In this document: positions 1 through 9,494 of the stretch, in pieces
Layout: every line of letters starts with the position of its first letter
How positions within the stretch are numbered: the stretch's first letter is position 1
NCBI GenBank assembly: GCA_964344335.1
Contig: CAYFMW010000005.1
Location: 1-62,018, forward strand
Reading direction: 5' to 3'
DNA length: 62,018 nt
Origin: an uncultured Oscillospiraceae bacterium
GTDB taxonomy: Bacteria; Bacillota; Clostridia; Peptostreptococcales; Anaerovoracaceae
Notes under the pieces: generated by a model
Seen by the model: only the letters and a program-made list of their open reading frames with translations
Databases searched by the model: none
Told to the model about the DNA's origin: nothing
Translations under genes and position numbers: made by a program

Positions 1-78
1 TTAAGATTTCACTTTATCCCGATTCTCTGGATTATATTATAATATGCTTTAAGCAAAAGTGAAGCGTTCGATGTTGTT

Positions 79-513
79 TTGATGTTCGGGCCTCTATACC
101 ATCTGGAAATGGAAAACGACCGCAAGAGGGCAATCGACGAAGCCAAAAGGGTTATGAAAAAGGATGGAACATTGTTCGTTTCGTTTATCAACAATGATAT
201 GATTCCCTTTACGGAATGGGTCTATAATCCCGACTATCTGCTCCAGGGCGATTATGACAAAGAAACCTTTAAAGCGGATGATTTCCCGTTCGTGTTTTTC
301 AACCTGTCGCAGTGCAGAGAGATGTTGCGGGAGCGCGGACTTAAGATTCTCCATGAAGTTGCCTCCGACGGCATGAGCGAGCTTATGGAGGATAAAATCA
401 ATCAACTCGACGATGCCGGATATTCGCAGTATTTAAAAATGCACTATCATTATTGCGAAAGGCCGGAGCACTTGGGGAAGACCAATCATTTTCTGTTTGT
501 CACAAAAAAATAA
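79..513 (+). pseudogene. class I SAM-dependent methyltransferase, 5'-truncated or disrupted fragment
   Basis: The translation (..SEAFDVVLMFGPLYHL..AKRVMKKDGTLFVSF..) is the post-motif-I part of a class I MTase. No GxGxG SAM-binding motif is present. An in-frame stop lies at 40-42, and MTase-like residues appear in another frame upstream. Confidence 0.5.
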
Positions 514-567
514 TTCGTTGCCCGGGCGAGATTAGACCTGGGAAAACAAATTTTCAGAAGGGGATTT

Positions 568-1434
568 ATGGATCACTCAGCTTTTGACGCGGCTGCATTT
601 GAAATATCGGATGGCGACAAGACCGTAATATATACAGGCGACTTTCGTGGTCATGGACGAAAAGCAGTATGTCTTGACTATTTTCTTAAAGGGGCTAGCA
701 AAGGGGCAGATGCACTACTGATTGAAGGAACCATGTTCGGGCGGCAGGACGAAGAAGTATTGACCGAGTCCGAATTGGAGGAGCGACTTGTCAATAAAAT
801 CAAGGATTTCAAAGGACCTGTGCTTTTCCAGCCTTCAAGCCAGAATATAGACCGGATTGTTAGTTTTTATAGGGCTGCATTGAGACTTAAGAGAACATTT
901 GTCATTGATGTTTATACCGCAAATGTTCTGTATGAGCTGAGGCAACTGGGAAATAACAATCTGCCATATCCCTCTATCGATTACTCGAACATCAAAGTAT
1001 TTTATCCCTATAGACTCACCCAAAAGATTTTTAATAGAATCGATCCGAAATACGCCAAGCGTTTTTCGTATTATCATATCTCAAAAGAACAATTCAAAGC
1101 ACAACAAGGCAATATTATTATGATGGCTCGTCCGTCTATGCGTAGAGATATTGAAATTGCCGGACTTGAGCATGGAATCTTTATATATTCACTGTGGAGC
1201 GGATACCGGGACAGTGAATATCAAAAGAATTTTGAAGACCAATTAATCAAATCCGGGTTCACAATTGTTGAATTGCATACCAGCGGTCATGCAACCGTTT
1301 CCGATATACAAAAGGTAATGGCAGAGCTTGAGCCGAAGCAGATAATTCCGATACATACCATGGTTCCAGATGCCTTTGTCGAGTTATCGGAGAAGATTAT
1401 CCTTAAGAAAGATGGAAAAACCTTTATTGTTTAG
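568..1434 (+). CDS. MBL-fold metallo-hydrolase (beta-CASP-like), apparently lacking the N-terminal HxHxDH region
   Basis: It has DHS..YTGDFRGHG and a C-terminal HTSGHA motif typical of MBL/RNase J-like hydrolases. The ORF opens directly after the upstream gene's stop in the same frame, and no HxHxDH motif is present. Confidence 0.55.
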   Translation: MDHSAFDAAAFEISDGDKTVIYTGDFRGHGRKAVCLDYFLKGASKGADALLIEGTMFGRQDEEVLTESELEERLVNKIKDFKGPVLFQPSSQNIDRIVSFYRAALRLKRTFVIDVYTANVLYELRQLGNNNLPYPSIDYSNIKVFYPYRLTQKIFNRIDPKYAKRFSYYHISKEQFKAQQGNIIMMARPSMRRDIEIAGLEHGIFIYSLWSGYRDSEYQKNFEDQLIKSGFTIVELHTSGHATVSDIQKVMAELEPKQIIPIHTMVPDAFVELSEKIILKKDGKTFIV

Positions 1435-1511
1435 ATTCGCTATATTATCGATAAATGATAAAATTAAATAAGAATTAGACCTATAAATTATGAAACGCGA
1501 GGTAAACCACT

Positions 1512-2576
1512 ATGCCGTTTAAAATAATTCGCCAAGATATAACAAATATGGAGGTCGACGCCATAGTCAACGCTGCGAATACGGAACTGAAGATGGGTTC
1601 CGGGGTTTGCGGAGCCATATTTAAAAAGGCGGGACCAAAACAGATGCAGGCGGCCTGCGACAAGCTTGCGCCTATAAAGACGGGTGAGGCGGTCATCACT
1701 CCGGGTTTTGATCTTCCTGCCAAGTATGTAATTCATACGGCGGGCCCTGTATATAGAAGGTACGACCCCGAAGGCAGCGAAAGGCTACTGCGTTCGGCTT
1801 ATACGGAATCCCTTAAGCTTGCAGTTGAGAATAATCTGGAAAGCATTGCATTTCCGCTTATTTCGAGCGGGATATTCGGATACCCCAAAGACGAGGCGCT
1901 CCAAGTTGCCACTTCCGCAATCAGAGATTTTTTAGAGGGTTACGATTTAGATGTACAGCTCGTACTCTTTGATAAATCAGCGTTTGTAATAAGTCGGGAG
2001 CTCTTGGGCGAGGTGGAGAGTTACATAAATGATAATTATGTAGACAAGCATAGGGAGGTCGGCAGATCGCTTCTGAATGTCGAGCGGCGGGCGATGAGAC
2101 GAGCTAAGCATACTTATATGGAGCTTATAAGCCTTGAGTCCGAAGATATGGCTGCGGGAGCTCCGGTTCTTGACGAGAAGCCTTCTTATACTCCTCAGGA
2201 AGCGGCAGTACCTCTCGAAAACCTGCTGGAAGATCTCGACGAACCTTTCTCGGACTTTCTTTTCCGGCTTATAGACTCAAAAGGAATGACCGATGTAGAA
2301 GTATATAAACGAGCCAATCTCGATAGGAGGCTTTTCAATAAAATAAAGAATGTCGCGGGGTATATGCCCGGCAAGCGCACGGTGCTGTCGCTTGCCATAG
2401 CACTGCAATTATCGCTGGAAGAAACAAATGCTCTCCTGAAAAGAGCCGGTTACGCGCTGTCCCGCGCCGTTAAGTTCGATGTTATCGTGGAGTTTTTCAT
2501 AGTGAGTGGCAACTACGATATCTTCACAATCAACGAAGTCCTCTTCGAATACGATCAGCCGCTTTTGGGGAGCTGA
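1512..2576 (+). CDS. macro domain (ADP-ribose binding/hydrolase) protein with C-terminal helix-turn-helix-like domain
   Basis: The N-terminus (IIRQDITNMEVDAIVNAAN...GSGVCGAIFKKAG...VIHTAGP) is a MacroD/YmdB-type macro domain. The roughly 110-aa C-terminal part (RANLDRRLFNKIKN..GKRTVLSLAIALQLSLEETNALLKRAGYALS) looks HTH-like. Confidence 0.75.
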   Translation: MPFKIIRQDITNMEVDAIVNAANTELKMGSGVCGAIFKKAGPKQMQAACDKLAPIKTGEAVITPGFDLPAKYVIHTAGPVYRRYDPEGSERLLRSAYTESLKLAVENNLESIAFPLISSGIFGYPKDEALQVATSAIRDFLEGYDLDVQLVLFDKSAFVISRELLGEVESYINDNYVDKHREVGRSLLNVERRAMRRAKHTYMELISLESEDMAAGAPVLDEKPSYTPQEAAVPLENLLEDLDEPFSDFLFRLIDSKGMTDVEVYKRANLDRRLFNKIKNVAGYMPGKRTVLSLAIALQLSLEETNALLKRAGYALSRAVKFDVIVEFFIVSGNYDIFTINEVLFEYDQPLLGS

Positions 2577-2668
2577 TATTTGTCGCTTCTAAAGCGACCA
2601 CAGGTTTTAAAGGCGGTAGTATCCTTAAACCAGAAAAAGAGTTCTGAAGTTTAAAGGAGGCTACTGAA

Positions 2669-3322
2669 ATGAAGAAAGAATTAACTGAACTGGTATTTAT
2701 TCTGGACAAGAGCGGGTCTATGAGCGGACTGGAATCCGACACCATCGGGGGCTTCAATTCGATGCTCGAAAAGCAGAAGGCGGTGGAGGGCGAGTGCAAT
2801 GTTACGACAGTGCTCTTCGACAACAATTATGAACTGCTGCATGACCGCATCGACATCAAGGCAATCGCTCCGATAAGCGACAAGGAGTATCAGGTCGGAG
2901 GTTCGACGGCTCTGCTGGATGCGATCGGACGAACCGTCAACAAGATTATCAATGTTCAAAAGCGCAGCGGCGAGGAATATCGCGCAGGCAAAGTGATGTT
3001 CGTAATTATTACGGACGGATACGAGAATTCCAGCCGCGAATACAGCTCGGACAAGGTGAAGGCTCTTATTGAGAAGCAAAAGGAAAAATATGCTTGGGAG
3101 TTTATCTTCCTCGGGGCCAATATCGACGCGGTTGAAACTGCCGGGCGCTTCGGAATTAATGCCGACAGGGCGGTGGATTATGTCGCCGACAGTCAGGGAA
3201 CCAGGCTTAATTTTATGGTTATGGCGGAGACCGTTGCCGGATTCCGCAAAAGTGGTAGAGTAGACAGCTCGTCTTTGGACGAAATCCGCGAGGACGCGAA
3301 GAAAAGGAGAGGGCGGAACTGA
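2669..3322 (+). CDS. cytoplasmic von Willebrand factor A (vWA) domain protein
   Basis: A complete MIDAS motif is present (DKSGSMSG, GGSTAL, TDGYEN). There is no signal peptide. A strong RBS (AAAGGAGG) precedes the start. Confidence 0.8.
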   Translation: MKKELTELVFILDKSGSMSGLESDTIGGFNSMLEKQKAVEGECNVTTVLFDNNYELLHDRIDIKAIAPISDKEYQVGGSTALLDAIGRTVNKIINVQKRSGEEYRAGKVMFVIITDGYENSSREYSSDKVKALIEKQKEKYAWEFIFLGANIDAVETAGRFGINADRAVDYVADSQGTRLNFMVMAETVAGFRKSGRVDSSSLDEIREDAKKRRGRN

Positions 3323-3329
3323 TTCCGCC

Positions 3330-3764
3330 TTACAGCGGCATCCAGATTCCGCTTCCGGTTCCTATGAGCTTTCCGCTCTCCACGCAGTAGGCTTCCGCCC
3401 GCAGCCTTATGAGCGTTCTTCCGGCTCTGACCGTTATAACCTTTACTCTGCAGTGTTCGCCCAATTCCAGAGGTCTTATGAAATTTACCGTCATATCCAC
3501 GGTGGTTGCTTCGTTTACTCCGGCGATGAAGTTGGCCATAACACCGAAGGCCGTGTCGAACATTCCCGCGATGGCACCTCCGTGTATGCCGCCCCTTTCG
3601 TTAATCTGCCACTTTTGGGTTTCGAATTCTATCGTAAGGCTCTTCTCGTCGAAATCGCAGGCGTAAAAATGCGCCTTCATGGTCTCGTCGAAACCGCCGT
3701 CTCCCAAGTTGAGATAATGATCGGTCCGCTCCTTGGCCGCCTTTTCCCATTCAATTCTTTCCAT
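3330..3764 (-). CDS. PaaI-family hotdog-fold thioesterase
   Basis: GGIHGGAIAGMFDTAFG motif, about 144 aa, with RBS GAAAGGAAGAG. Confidence 0.75.
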   Translation of the reverse strand: MERIEWEKAAKERTDHYLNLGDGGFDETMKAHFYACDFDEKSLTIEFETQKWQINERGGIHGGAIAGMFDTAFGVMANFIAGVNEATTVDMTVNFIRPLELGEHCRVKVITVRAGRTLIRLRAEAYCVESGKLIGTGSGIWMPL

Positions 3765-3998
3765 GATATCTCTTCCTTTCGCCAGTATTACTCATCTATA
3801 TTACTACAGTAATTGTTTTTCTCAAAACAACAGGCTGCTCTTTCGTACATTTTCGCCCGCATTAACCCGCCCGCAAGCGCAGTTTCAGGGAAGATTTTTC
3901 CCGCGAGCTATGCTAAACTGAAACTACCCGCTATTCCTGCCCGCGGCGCGGAAGGCAAGGGTTAAAGATTAATCTGTAAACTGCGAGGTAACGAAAAC

Positions 3999-4676
3999 AT
4001 GAAGTTAAAGTACGAACAAAAAATCTTCGTATGGCTCTTTTTATTGATATTCACTTCCGGCTATCTAGATGCGGCGTCATTGGTCATATATACCCGTGCC
4101 GTCTCGCATCACACCGGTAATATAACCAATCTCGCCATCTATCTGCTCACGAATAGACCTGACACGGCGCTAAGCCTTCTTGCGATAATGGCAGCGTTCT
4201 TTCTGGGCGGCGTGCTCTCCGGATTCATCTTTCACGAGCAGCCTGCGAGCTCTTCTAAAAAATTTGGAATTAAGCTTATTCTGGACGCTGCAGTGCTTTT
4301 GCTTATGCATTTTCTTATGAGAGATCTTTTTATGAGGTATTTTATTATCGCCTTCATTTTAGGCAGTCAGAACGCATTCCTTTTCAAATACAGGGGGCTC
4401 ACGACGAGAATCACGCACCTTACGGGTTACATTACGGATGCTGCCGTATTTCTCGGAAGGAGAATCAGAGGCAATAGGGAGGATATGCCTCGCTTTTGGT
4501 TCTTGACCTTCCAGACTCTTGGATTTTTGGTCGGAGCCGGCGTCGGCTGCCTGCTTGTGAGACTCGACAGAATCTTATATCTGACGCTTCCTGCAGCCCT
4601 ATATGCGCTCGCCGGATTTTTCTATCTAATCTATATTTACCGAAAGGACGGGGCAGGGGAATCGCCTTTTGTTTAG
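3999..4676 (+). CDS. YoaK/DUF1275 family membrane protein
   Basis: Polytopic membrane ORF with an SHHTGNITN motif. Confidence 0.65.
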   Translation: MKLKYEQKIFVWLFLLIFTSGYLDAASLVIYTRAVSHHTGNITNLAIYLLTNRPDTALSLLAIMAAFFLGGVLSGFIFHEQPASSSKKFGIKLILDAAVLLLMHFLMRDLFMRYFIIAFILGSQNAFLFKYRGLTTRITHLTGYITDAAVFLGRRIRGNREDMPRFWFLTFQTLGFLVGAGVGCLLVRLDRILYLTLPAALYALAGFFYLIYIYRKDGAGESPFV

Positions 4677-5075
4677 TAGTAGTGCAGTGAAAAGGCTGTG
4701 CAAATTCCCGCGTAGATTACCGTAATCGCATGTATGCCCCAGCCAGGCAAAATGGAGCCGCGTGCCTTTTCCTCGTTAATGTATCCCATGAGCCATCCGA
4801 TTATGGCTATAAGAATTGCGCTGTGGACGCTCTTTACTATGCCTCCGCCGCTAAAAATGAAAACCCCCGATGTGGAATACATAGTCAAATTCAACAGCAT
4901 AAAGGACGAGACCATGGAGAGGAGCGATGTTCCGATTATCCATCCCCTTCAATCCGATACACTCGAAAAATTTCCCGGATTTTCCGGATTTACCTACCCA
5001 CCAGAAGAAGGGGACAAGTAAGGAAAGGATAATTCCTGCAAAGCTCTTGAATAAAATGCTTATTAATAGCTCCAT
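4673..5075 (-). pseudogene. small ~4-TM membrane protein split by a frameshift
   Basis: Two overlapping minus-strand ORFs (4851-5153 and 4673-4915) together read as one coherent 4-TM protein. The frame change falls near the C4/G4 run at 4945-4948. Confidence 0.4.
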
Positions 5076-5258
5076 ATAGTTAACCTTTCCGAAAAGCGAT
5101 TTCGCATTCAGACGGGCGCAATTCTCCGACGGCCCGACTCTTTTGCTGTTCACCTTTCTATATTCGATATACTATAATTACTATTTACTATCATAAAAAA
5201 TATTGCTAATAATTATAGAATCTACAAGAGGGTATGTACTTGCAAAAACGGATAATCT

Positions 5259-5406
5259 GCTCGGCGAGGGATGTAGCTTGCACACGCGGACAATCACGGG
5301 TCGCGGTTCTTAGCGAGTGTCGAATCGAAGATGAAGGCAGAGCATAGAACCGCTCGGGGTACCCGTGTTAGCGAGAGCGTGTCCGCAGTGTAAGCTACGA
5401 CCGAGC
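5259..5406. repeat. ~150-nt imperfect palindromic intergenic element, copy 1
   Basis: A long hairpin with nested stems: GCTCGG/CCGAGC, GTAGCTTGCACACGCGGAC/GTCCGCAGTGTAAGCTAC, CACGGGT/ACCCGTG and GCGGTTCT/AGAACCGC. It shares the GTAGCTTGCA arm and the internal motifs CTTAG and GAACCGC with the element at 32043-32119. Confidence 0.6.
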
Positions 5407-5505
5407 GGTGAAGAATGCTTTTTATAGAAATTGCTATCTCCATGTGTTATACTTCGGGTTAGGGTAAAATTGCAGATTTGATGTAAGAGAGCGTTAGGAG
5501 AGTTC

Positions 5506-6210
5506 ATGGAAGCAAAGTACAAGAGGATAATCCTGAAGATAAGCGGAGAAGCTCTAGCCGGGGAAAAGCAGACAGGCATCGACGATGCGGTTTTGGGAAG
5601 TGTGGCCCGGGATATCAAGAAGCTCACGGAGCTGGGTGTCGAAGTGGCGATAGTCGTCGGAGGCGGCAACTTCTGGAGAGGAAGAACCAGCGGCGATATG
5701 GACAGAGCGACAGCCGACTACATGGGAATGCTCGCCACCTGCATAAACGCACTCGCTCTGCAGGATGCCTTCGAGAGAAACGGAATGCCAACAAGAGTTC
5801 ATACCGCGATAGAGATGAGAGAAGTCGCCGAGCCCTACATAAGGCGCAGGGCAATCCACCAGCTCGAAAAGGGACTGATAGTAATATTCGCGGCGGGTCT
5901 TGGAAGCCCCTATTTCTCCACCGATACCGCGGCGGCACTGCGAGCGGCGGAGATGGAAGCGGAAGTTATTCTGCTTGCCAAGAAGGTGGATGCGGTCTAC
6001 GACAGCGATCCGTTAACAAACCCGAACGCGCGCCGCTACGAGCGCATCAGCCATAGCGAGGTGCTGGAAAAGAACCTAAAGGTAATGGATTCCACGGCAG
6101 CCAGTTTCTGCAGAGATAACGGAATCAGAATACATGTATTCGGCCTTTCAGAGCCTGACGGAATATTCAGAGCCGTCACAGGACAGAAGATAGGAACAAT
6201 TATTGAGTAG
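5506..6210 (+). CDS. pyrH: UMP kinase
   Basis: [22 protein letters not shown] motifs, in the pyrH-frr synteny. Confidence 0.95.
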   Translation: MEAKYKRIILKISGEALAGEKQTGIDDAVLGSVARDIKKLTELGVEVAIVVGGGNFWRGRTSGDMDRATADYMGMLATCINALALQDAFERNGMPTRVHTAIEMREVAEPYIRRRAIHQLEKGLIVIFAAGLGSPYFSTDTAAALRAAEMEAEVILLAKKVDAVYDSDPLTNPNARRYERISHSEVLEKNLKVMDSTAASFCRDNGIRIHVFGLSEPDGIFRAVTGQKIGTIIE

Positions 6211-6292
6211 GCTTGATGGGCCTTAGATAGAGAAAAACAGCGCAGTAGGCTTTCCGCAGAGAAGCCGGAAACGATAAGATCAGGAGGAAGAT

Positions 6293-6844
6293 ATGAGTAC
6301 CACAAAGGAATTTAAGGAGCGATCGGAAAAGAGCATAAGCGTCCTCAAACAGGAACTAAACACCGTGCGTGCGGGAAGAGCGAACGCCGCTCTGCTGGAT
6401 CAGATAACGGTGGAGTATTACGGTACACCCACACCGCTCAAGAATCTTTCGAATATTTCCGTCCCCGATCCGCGGACGCTGATGATAACGCCCTTCGACC
6501 CCTCGAACATTCAGGCCGTCGAGAAGGCGATTATGACATCCAACCTCGGCATCAATCCCTCCAACGACGGCAAGAATATAAGACTTGTAATCCCCCCCGT
6601 CACCGAGGAGAGGAGAGTCGAACTCACCAAGCTCATAAAGAAGATGGGCGAGGACAGCAAGGTGGCCGTCAGGAACATCAGAAGGGACATAATGGACGAT
6701 ATCAAGCGCCGCGAGAAGGACGGCGAGATATCCGAGGATGAACAGAAGATGGAGCAGGAGGAAATCCAGAAGCTCACGGACGAGAAGATCAAGTTGATAG
6801 ACGAGATCGTCGAAGAAAAGAACAAGGAACTCATGGAGATCTGA
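6293..6844 (+). CDS. frr: ribosome recycling factor
   Basis: Typical RRF sequence ([12 protein letters not shown]..), 183 aa. Confidence 0.95.
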   Translation: MSTTKEFKERSEKSISVLKQELNTVRAGRANAALLDQITVEYYGTPTPLKNLSNISVPDPRTLMITPFDPSNIQAVEKAIMTSNLGINPSNDGKNIRLVIPPVTEERRVELTKLIKKMGEDSKVAVRNIRRDIMDDIKRREKDGEISEDEQKMEQEEIQKLTDEKIKLIDEIVEEKNKELMEI

Positions 6845-6850
6845 TATCCT

Positions 6851-7552
6851 ATGCGAGATCTTCAACATATTGCGATAATCATGGACGGCAACGGGCGCTG
6901 GGCTAAGGAGCGCGGCATGAACCGCCTCCGTGGCCATTATGCGGGCGTGGAGTCCCTGATAGAGATAGTCAGGGCTTCTTCGGATCTCGGTATTAAGTAT
7001 TTGACTGTCTACGCCTTTTCCACGGAAAACTGGAAGAGGCCCCTTGAGGAGGTTTCGGGACTCTTTAAACTCCTCATATCGTTCGTCGCAAGAGAGCTCG
7101 AAAACCTCGTTCAAAACAATGTAAAGGTCGGGATTTTCGGCGAGCGCTCGGCGCTGCCAGAAGATGTCAATCGCTCAATAGATAACGCTCTCGAAAGTAC
7201 GAAGAATTGCACGGGACTGATTTTTAACATAGCCCTCAATTATGGCGGCAGGGCGGAAATTTTGCGTGCTGCAAAGAAGTTTGCAGCCCGATGTGTTCAG
7301 GGCGAGGCGGATCCGGAAAGCTTAAGTGAGGCCGATTTTTCGAAGCTGATGTACACGGCGGATATCCCGGACCCGGATCTGATTATAAGGACGGGCGGCG
7401 AGCGCAGGCTCTCGAATTTTCTGACATGGCAGAGCGCCTACAGCGAGATTTATGTTACGAATATCTATTGGCCCGACTTCAGTCCCGAGGAGTACGAAAA
7501 GGCCCTGGACGATTACAGACAAAGGGACAGGCGCTTCGGAGGAATTAAATGA
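6851..7552 (+). CDS. uppS: isoprenyl transferase (undecaprenyl diphosphate synthase)
   Basis: HIAIIMDGNGRWA motif and ERRLSNFL. Confidence 0.95.
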   Translation: MRDLQHIAIIMDGNGRWAKERGMNRLRGHYAGVESLIEIVRASSDLGIKYLTVYAFSTENWKRPLEEVSGLFKLLISFVARELENLVQNNVKVGIFGERSALPEDVNRSIDNALESTKNCTGLIFNIALNYGGRAEILRAAKKFAARCVQGEADPESLSEADFSKLMYTADIPDPDLIIRTGGERRLSNFLTWQSAYSEIYVTNIYWPDFSPEEYEKALDDYRQRDRRFGGIK

Positions 7553-8361
7553 AGACCAGAATAATTTCAGCTCTCTTTTTGCTTCCTCTGCTCGGATTCG
7601 TCGTGATAGGCGGGCGTCCGCTGTACTTTTTGGTGATGCTCTTCGGCCTTTTAGCCATGTACGAGTTCTACAAGGGCTTCGAAAATATGGGTATACACCC
7701 ATTCAAAATCGCAGGCTATATATGCGCCACGATTCTCTATATAATCCTTTATGTTTACATGTTTACCGGGGCGGATCATGCGAAATTATCCGAAGGGCTG
7801 TTGCTGTGGCTGTTCATAACCGTATCCAGCGGGCTGGTGCTGTGCCTGTTTACCACGGACGAGAACAATATCTCCGACGGCCTTGCGACTATAATCAGCG
7901 TCATCTACCTGCCCTTCTTCTTTTCGCATATATCCCTGATAGACGGCCTTAAAGAAAACTCGCGCATGATCTGGCTGGTATTTATAACCGCCTTCGGCAC
8001 CGATACATTCGCGTATTTTTCGGGGATGTTCTTCGGAAAGCACAAGCTTATTCCGAATATAAGTCCAAAGAAGACTGTCGAAGGAGCGATCGGGGGCGTT
8101 ATCGGAAGCACTATACTTTCGCTCATATTCTGTGCAATCATGTTTCCGCAGCATCTGGCCGCGGGCCTGTTTATCGGGATTCTGGGCTCGATATTCGCGC
8201 AGTTCGGAGACCTTATAGCCAGCGCCTTTAAGCGCAAGATGGGGATAAAGGATTACGGGAGGCTCATACCCGGGCACGGCGGGATTTTGGACCGCTTCGA
8301 TTCGGTGATATTGACCGCCCCCTTCGTTTATTATTACATAGTTTTAATCGTCAACAGGTGA
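7549..8361 (+). CDS. cdsA: phosphatidate cytidylyltransferase
   Basis: Polytopic membrane protein with the C-terminal signature GHGGILDRFDS. Its start overlaps the uppS stop (ATGA). Confidence 0.9.
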   Translation: MKTRIISALFLLPLLGFVVIGGRPLYFLVMLFGLLAMYEFYKGFENMGIHPFKIAGYICATILYIILYVYMFTGADHAKLSEGLLLWLFITVSSGLVLCLFTTDENNISDGLATIISVIYLPFFFSHISLIDGLKENSRMIWLVFITAFGTDTFAYFSGMFFGKHKLIPNISPKKTVEGAIGGVIGSTILSLIFCAIMFPQHLAAGLFIGILGSIFAQFGDLIASAFKRKMGIKDYGRLIPGHGGILDRFDSVILTAPFVYYYIVLIVNR

Positions 8362-8363
8362 TT

Positions 8364-9494
8364 ATGAAGAGACTCGCCGTTCTCGGTTCGACAGGTTCCA
8401 TAGGTACTCAAAGTCTGAGCGTCATTCGGGAAAATCGCTCTCTGTATTCCGTGAGCAGCATTTCCTGCGGCTCAAATATCGAGCTTTTCAGAGGGCAGCT
8501 TGCAGAGTTTGAACCCTCCTTAGCCGTTTGCGCAAAGAAGGAAGATGCGCTCCGGCTTTCGGCTGAGTTTCCGCGGATTAAATTTTCCTGGGGAATGGAC
8601 GGCATAGTCGAGGCCGCCTGCATGCAGGAAGTCGATATGGTCGTAAACGCCCTCAGCGGTATGATGGGCATAAGGCCGACCTACGAGGCCGTAAGGGCGG
8701 GCAAGGATATAGCCTTTGCAAATAAGGAGACTCTGGTTGCGGCGGGGCCTCTCATCATGGCTGAGGTAAAGAAGCAGGGGGTGAATTTCCTTCCTGTAGA
8801 CAGCGAACATTCGGCGATATTTCAGTGCATTCAGGGTGCCGCAGGCAATCGCCCGACGAAGATAATACTCACGGCATCCGGAGGACCTTTCAGGGGCTTT
8901 ACCCGGGAACAGCTTAAAAATGTCACAAAGGAGATGGCGCTCGCGCATCCCAAGTGGAATATGGGGCCTAAGATAAGCATAGATTCCGCGACGATGATGA
9001 ACAAGGGGCTGGAGATAATTGAGGCCTGCATGCTCTTCGATTTCGACCAGAAGGATGTAATTGTCCATGTGCATCCGGAGAGCATAGTTCATTCGGCTGT
9101 AGAGTTTTCCGACGGCGCGCTTATGGCGCAGCTGGGAATCCCCGATATGAAAGTGCCGATAGCCTATGCGCTCTCCTGGCCGAAGAGGCTTTCGAATATA
9201 GCCGAGCCGCCGAATTTATTCGAGGTAGGAAGTCTTAATTTTGAAAAGCCAGACGAGGAGACCTTCGTATGCCTTCGCCTCGCTCGAAAGGCCATGGAGC
9301 TTGGGGCGGGCTATCCGGCGGTGCTCAATGCGGCAAATGAAGAGGCCGTCGCGGCCTTTTTGAAGGATAAAATCAGCTTTTTACAGATAGGGGAAATGGT
9401 CGAGTCCGCACTTGAGCATCACAGCCCGATGCAGATAGGCTCGATAGAGGATGTATTTGAGATTGAAAGGGAAACAAGGGAGTTTCTGAGATGA
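8364..9494 (+). CDS. dxr: 1-deoxy-D-xylulose 5-phosphate reductoisomerase
   Basis: LGSTGSIGTQSL NADPH motif. The ORF could alternatively start at the GTG at 8358. Confidence 0.93.
   Translation: MKRLAVLGSTGSIGTQSLSVIRENRSLYSVSSISCGSNIELFRGQLAEFEPSLAVCAKKEDALRLSAEFPRIKFSWGMDGIVEAACMQEVDMVVNALSGMMGIRPTYEAVRAGKDIAFANKETLVAAGPLIMAEVKKQGVNFLPVDSEHSAIFQCIQGAAGNRPTKIILTASGGPFRGFTREQLKNVTKEMALAHPKWNMGPKISIDSATMMNKGLEIIEACMLFDFDQKDVIVHVHPESIVHSAVEFSDGALMAQLGIPDMKVPIAYALSWPKRLSNIAEPPNLFEVGSLNFEKPDEETFVCLRLARKAMELGAGYPAVLNAANEEAVAAFLKDKISFLQIGEMVESALEHHSPMQIGSIEDVFEIERETREFLR

Noticed and set aside
528-1482. 9-nt direct repeat ATTAGACCT on both sides of the MBL remnant (528-536 and 1474-1482), considered as possible target-site duplication or insertion boundaries
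   Set aside because: A single 9-mer match over about 1 kb is within chance expectation. There are no inverted repeats or mobility genes.
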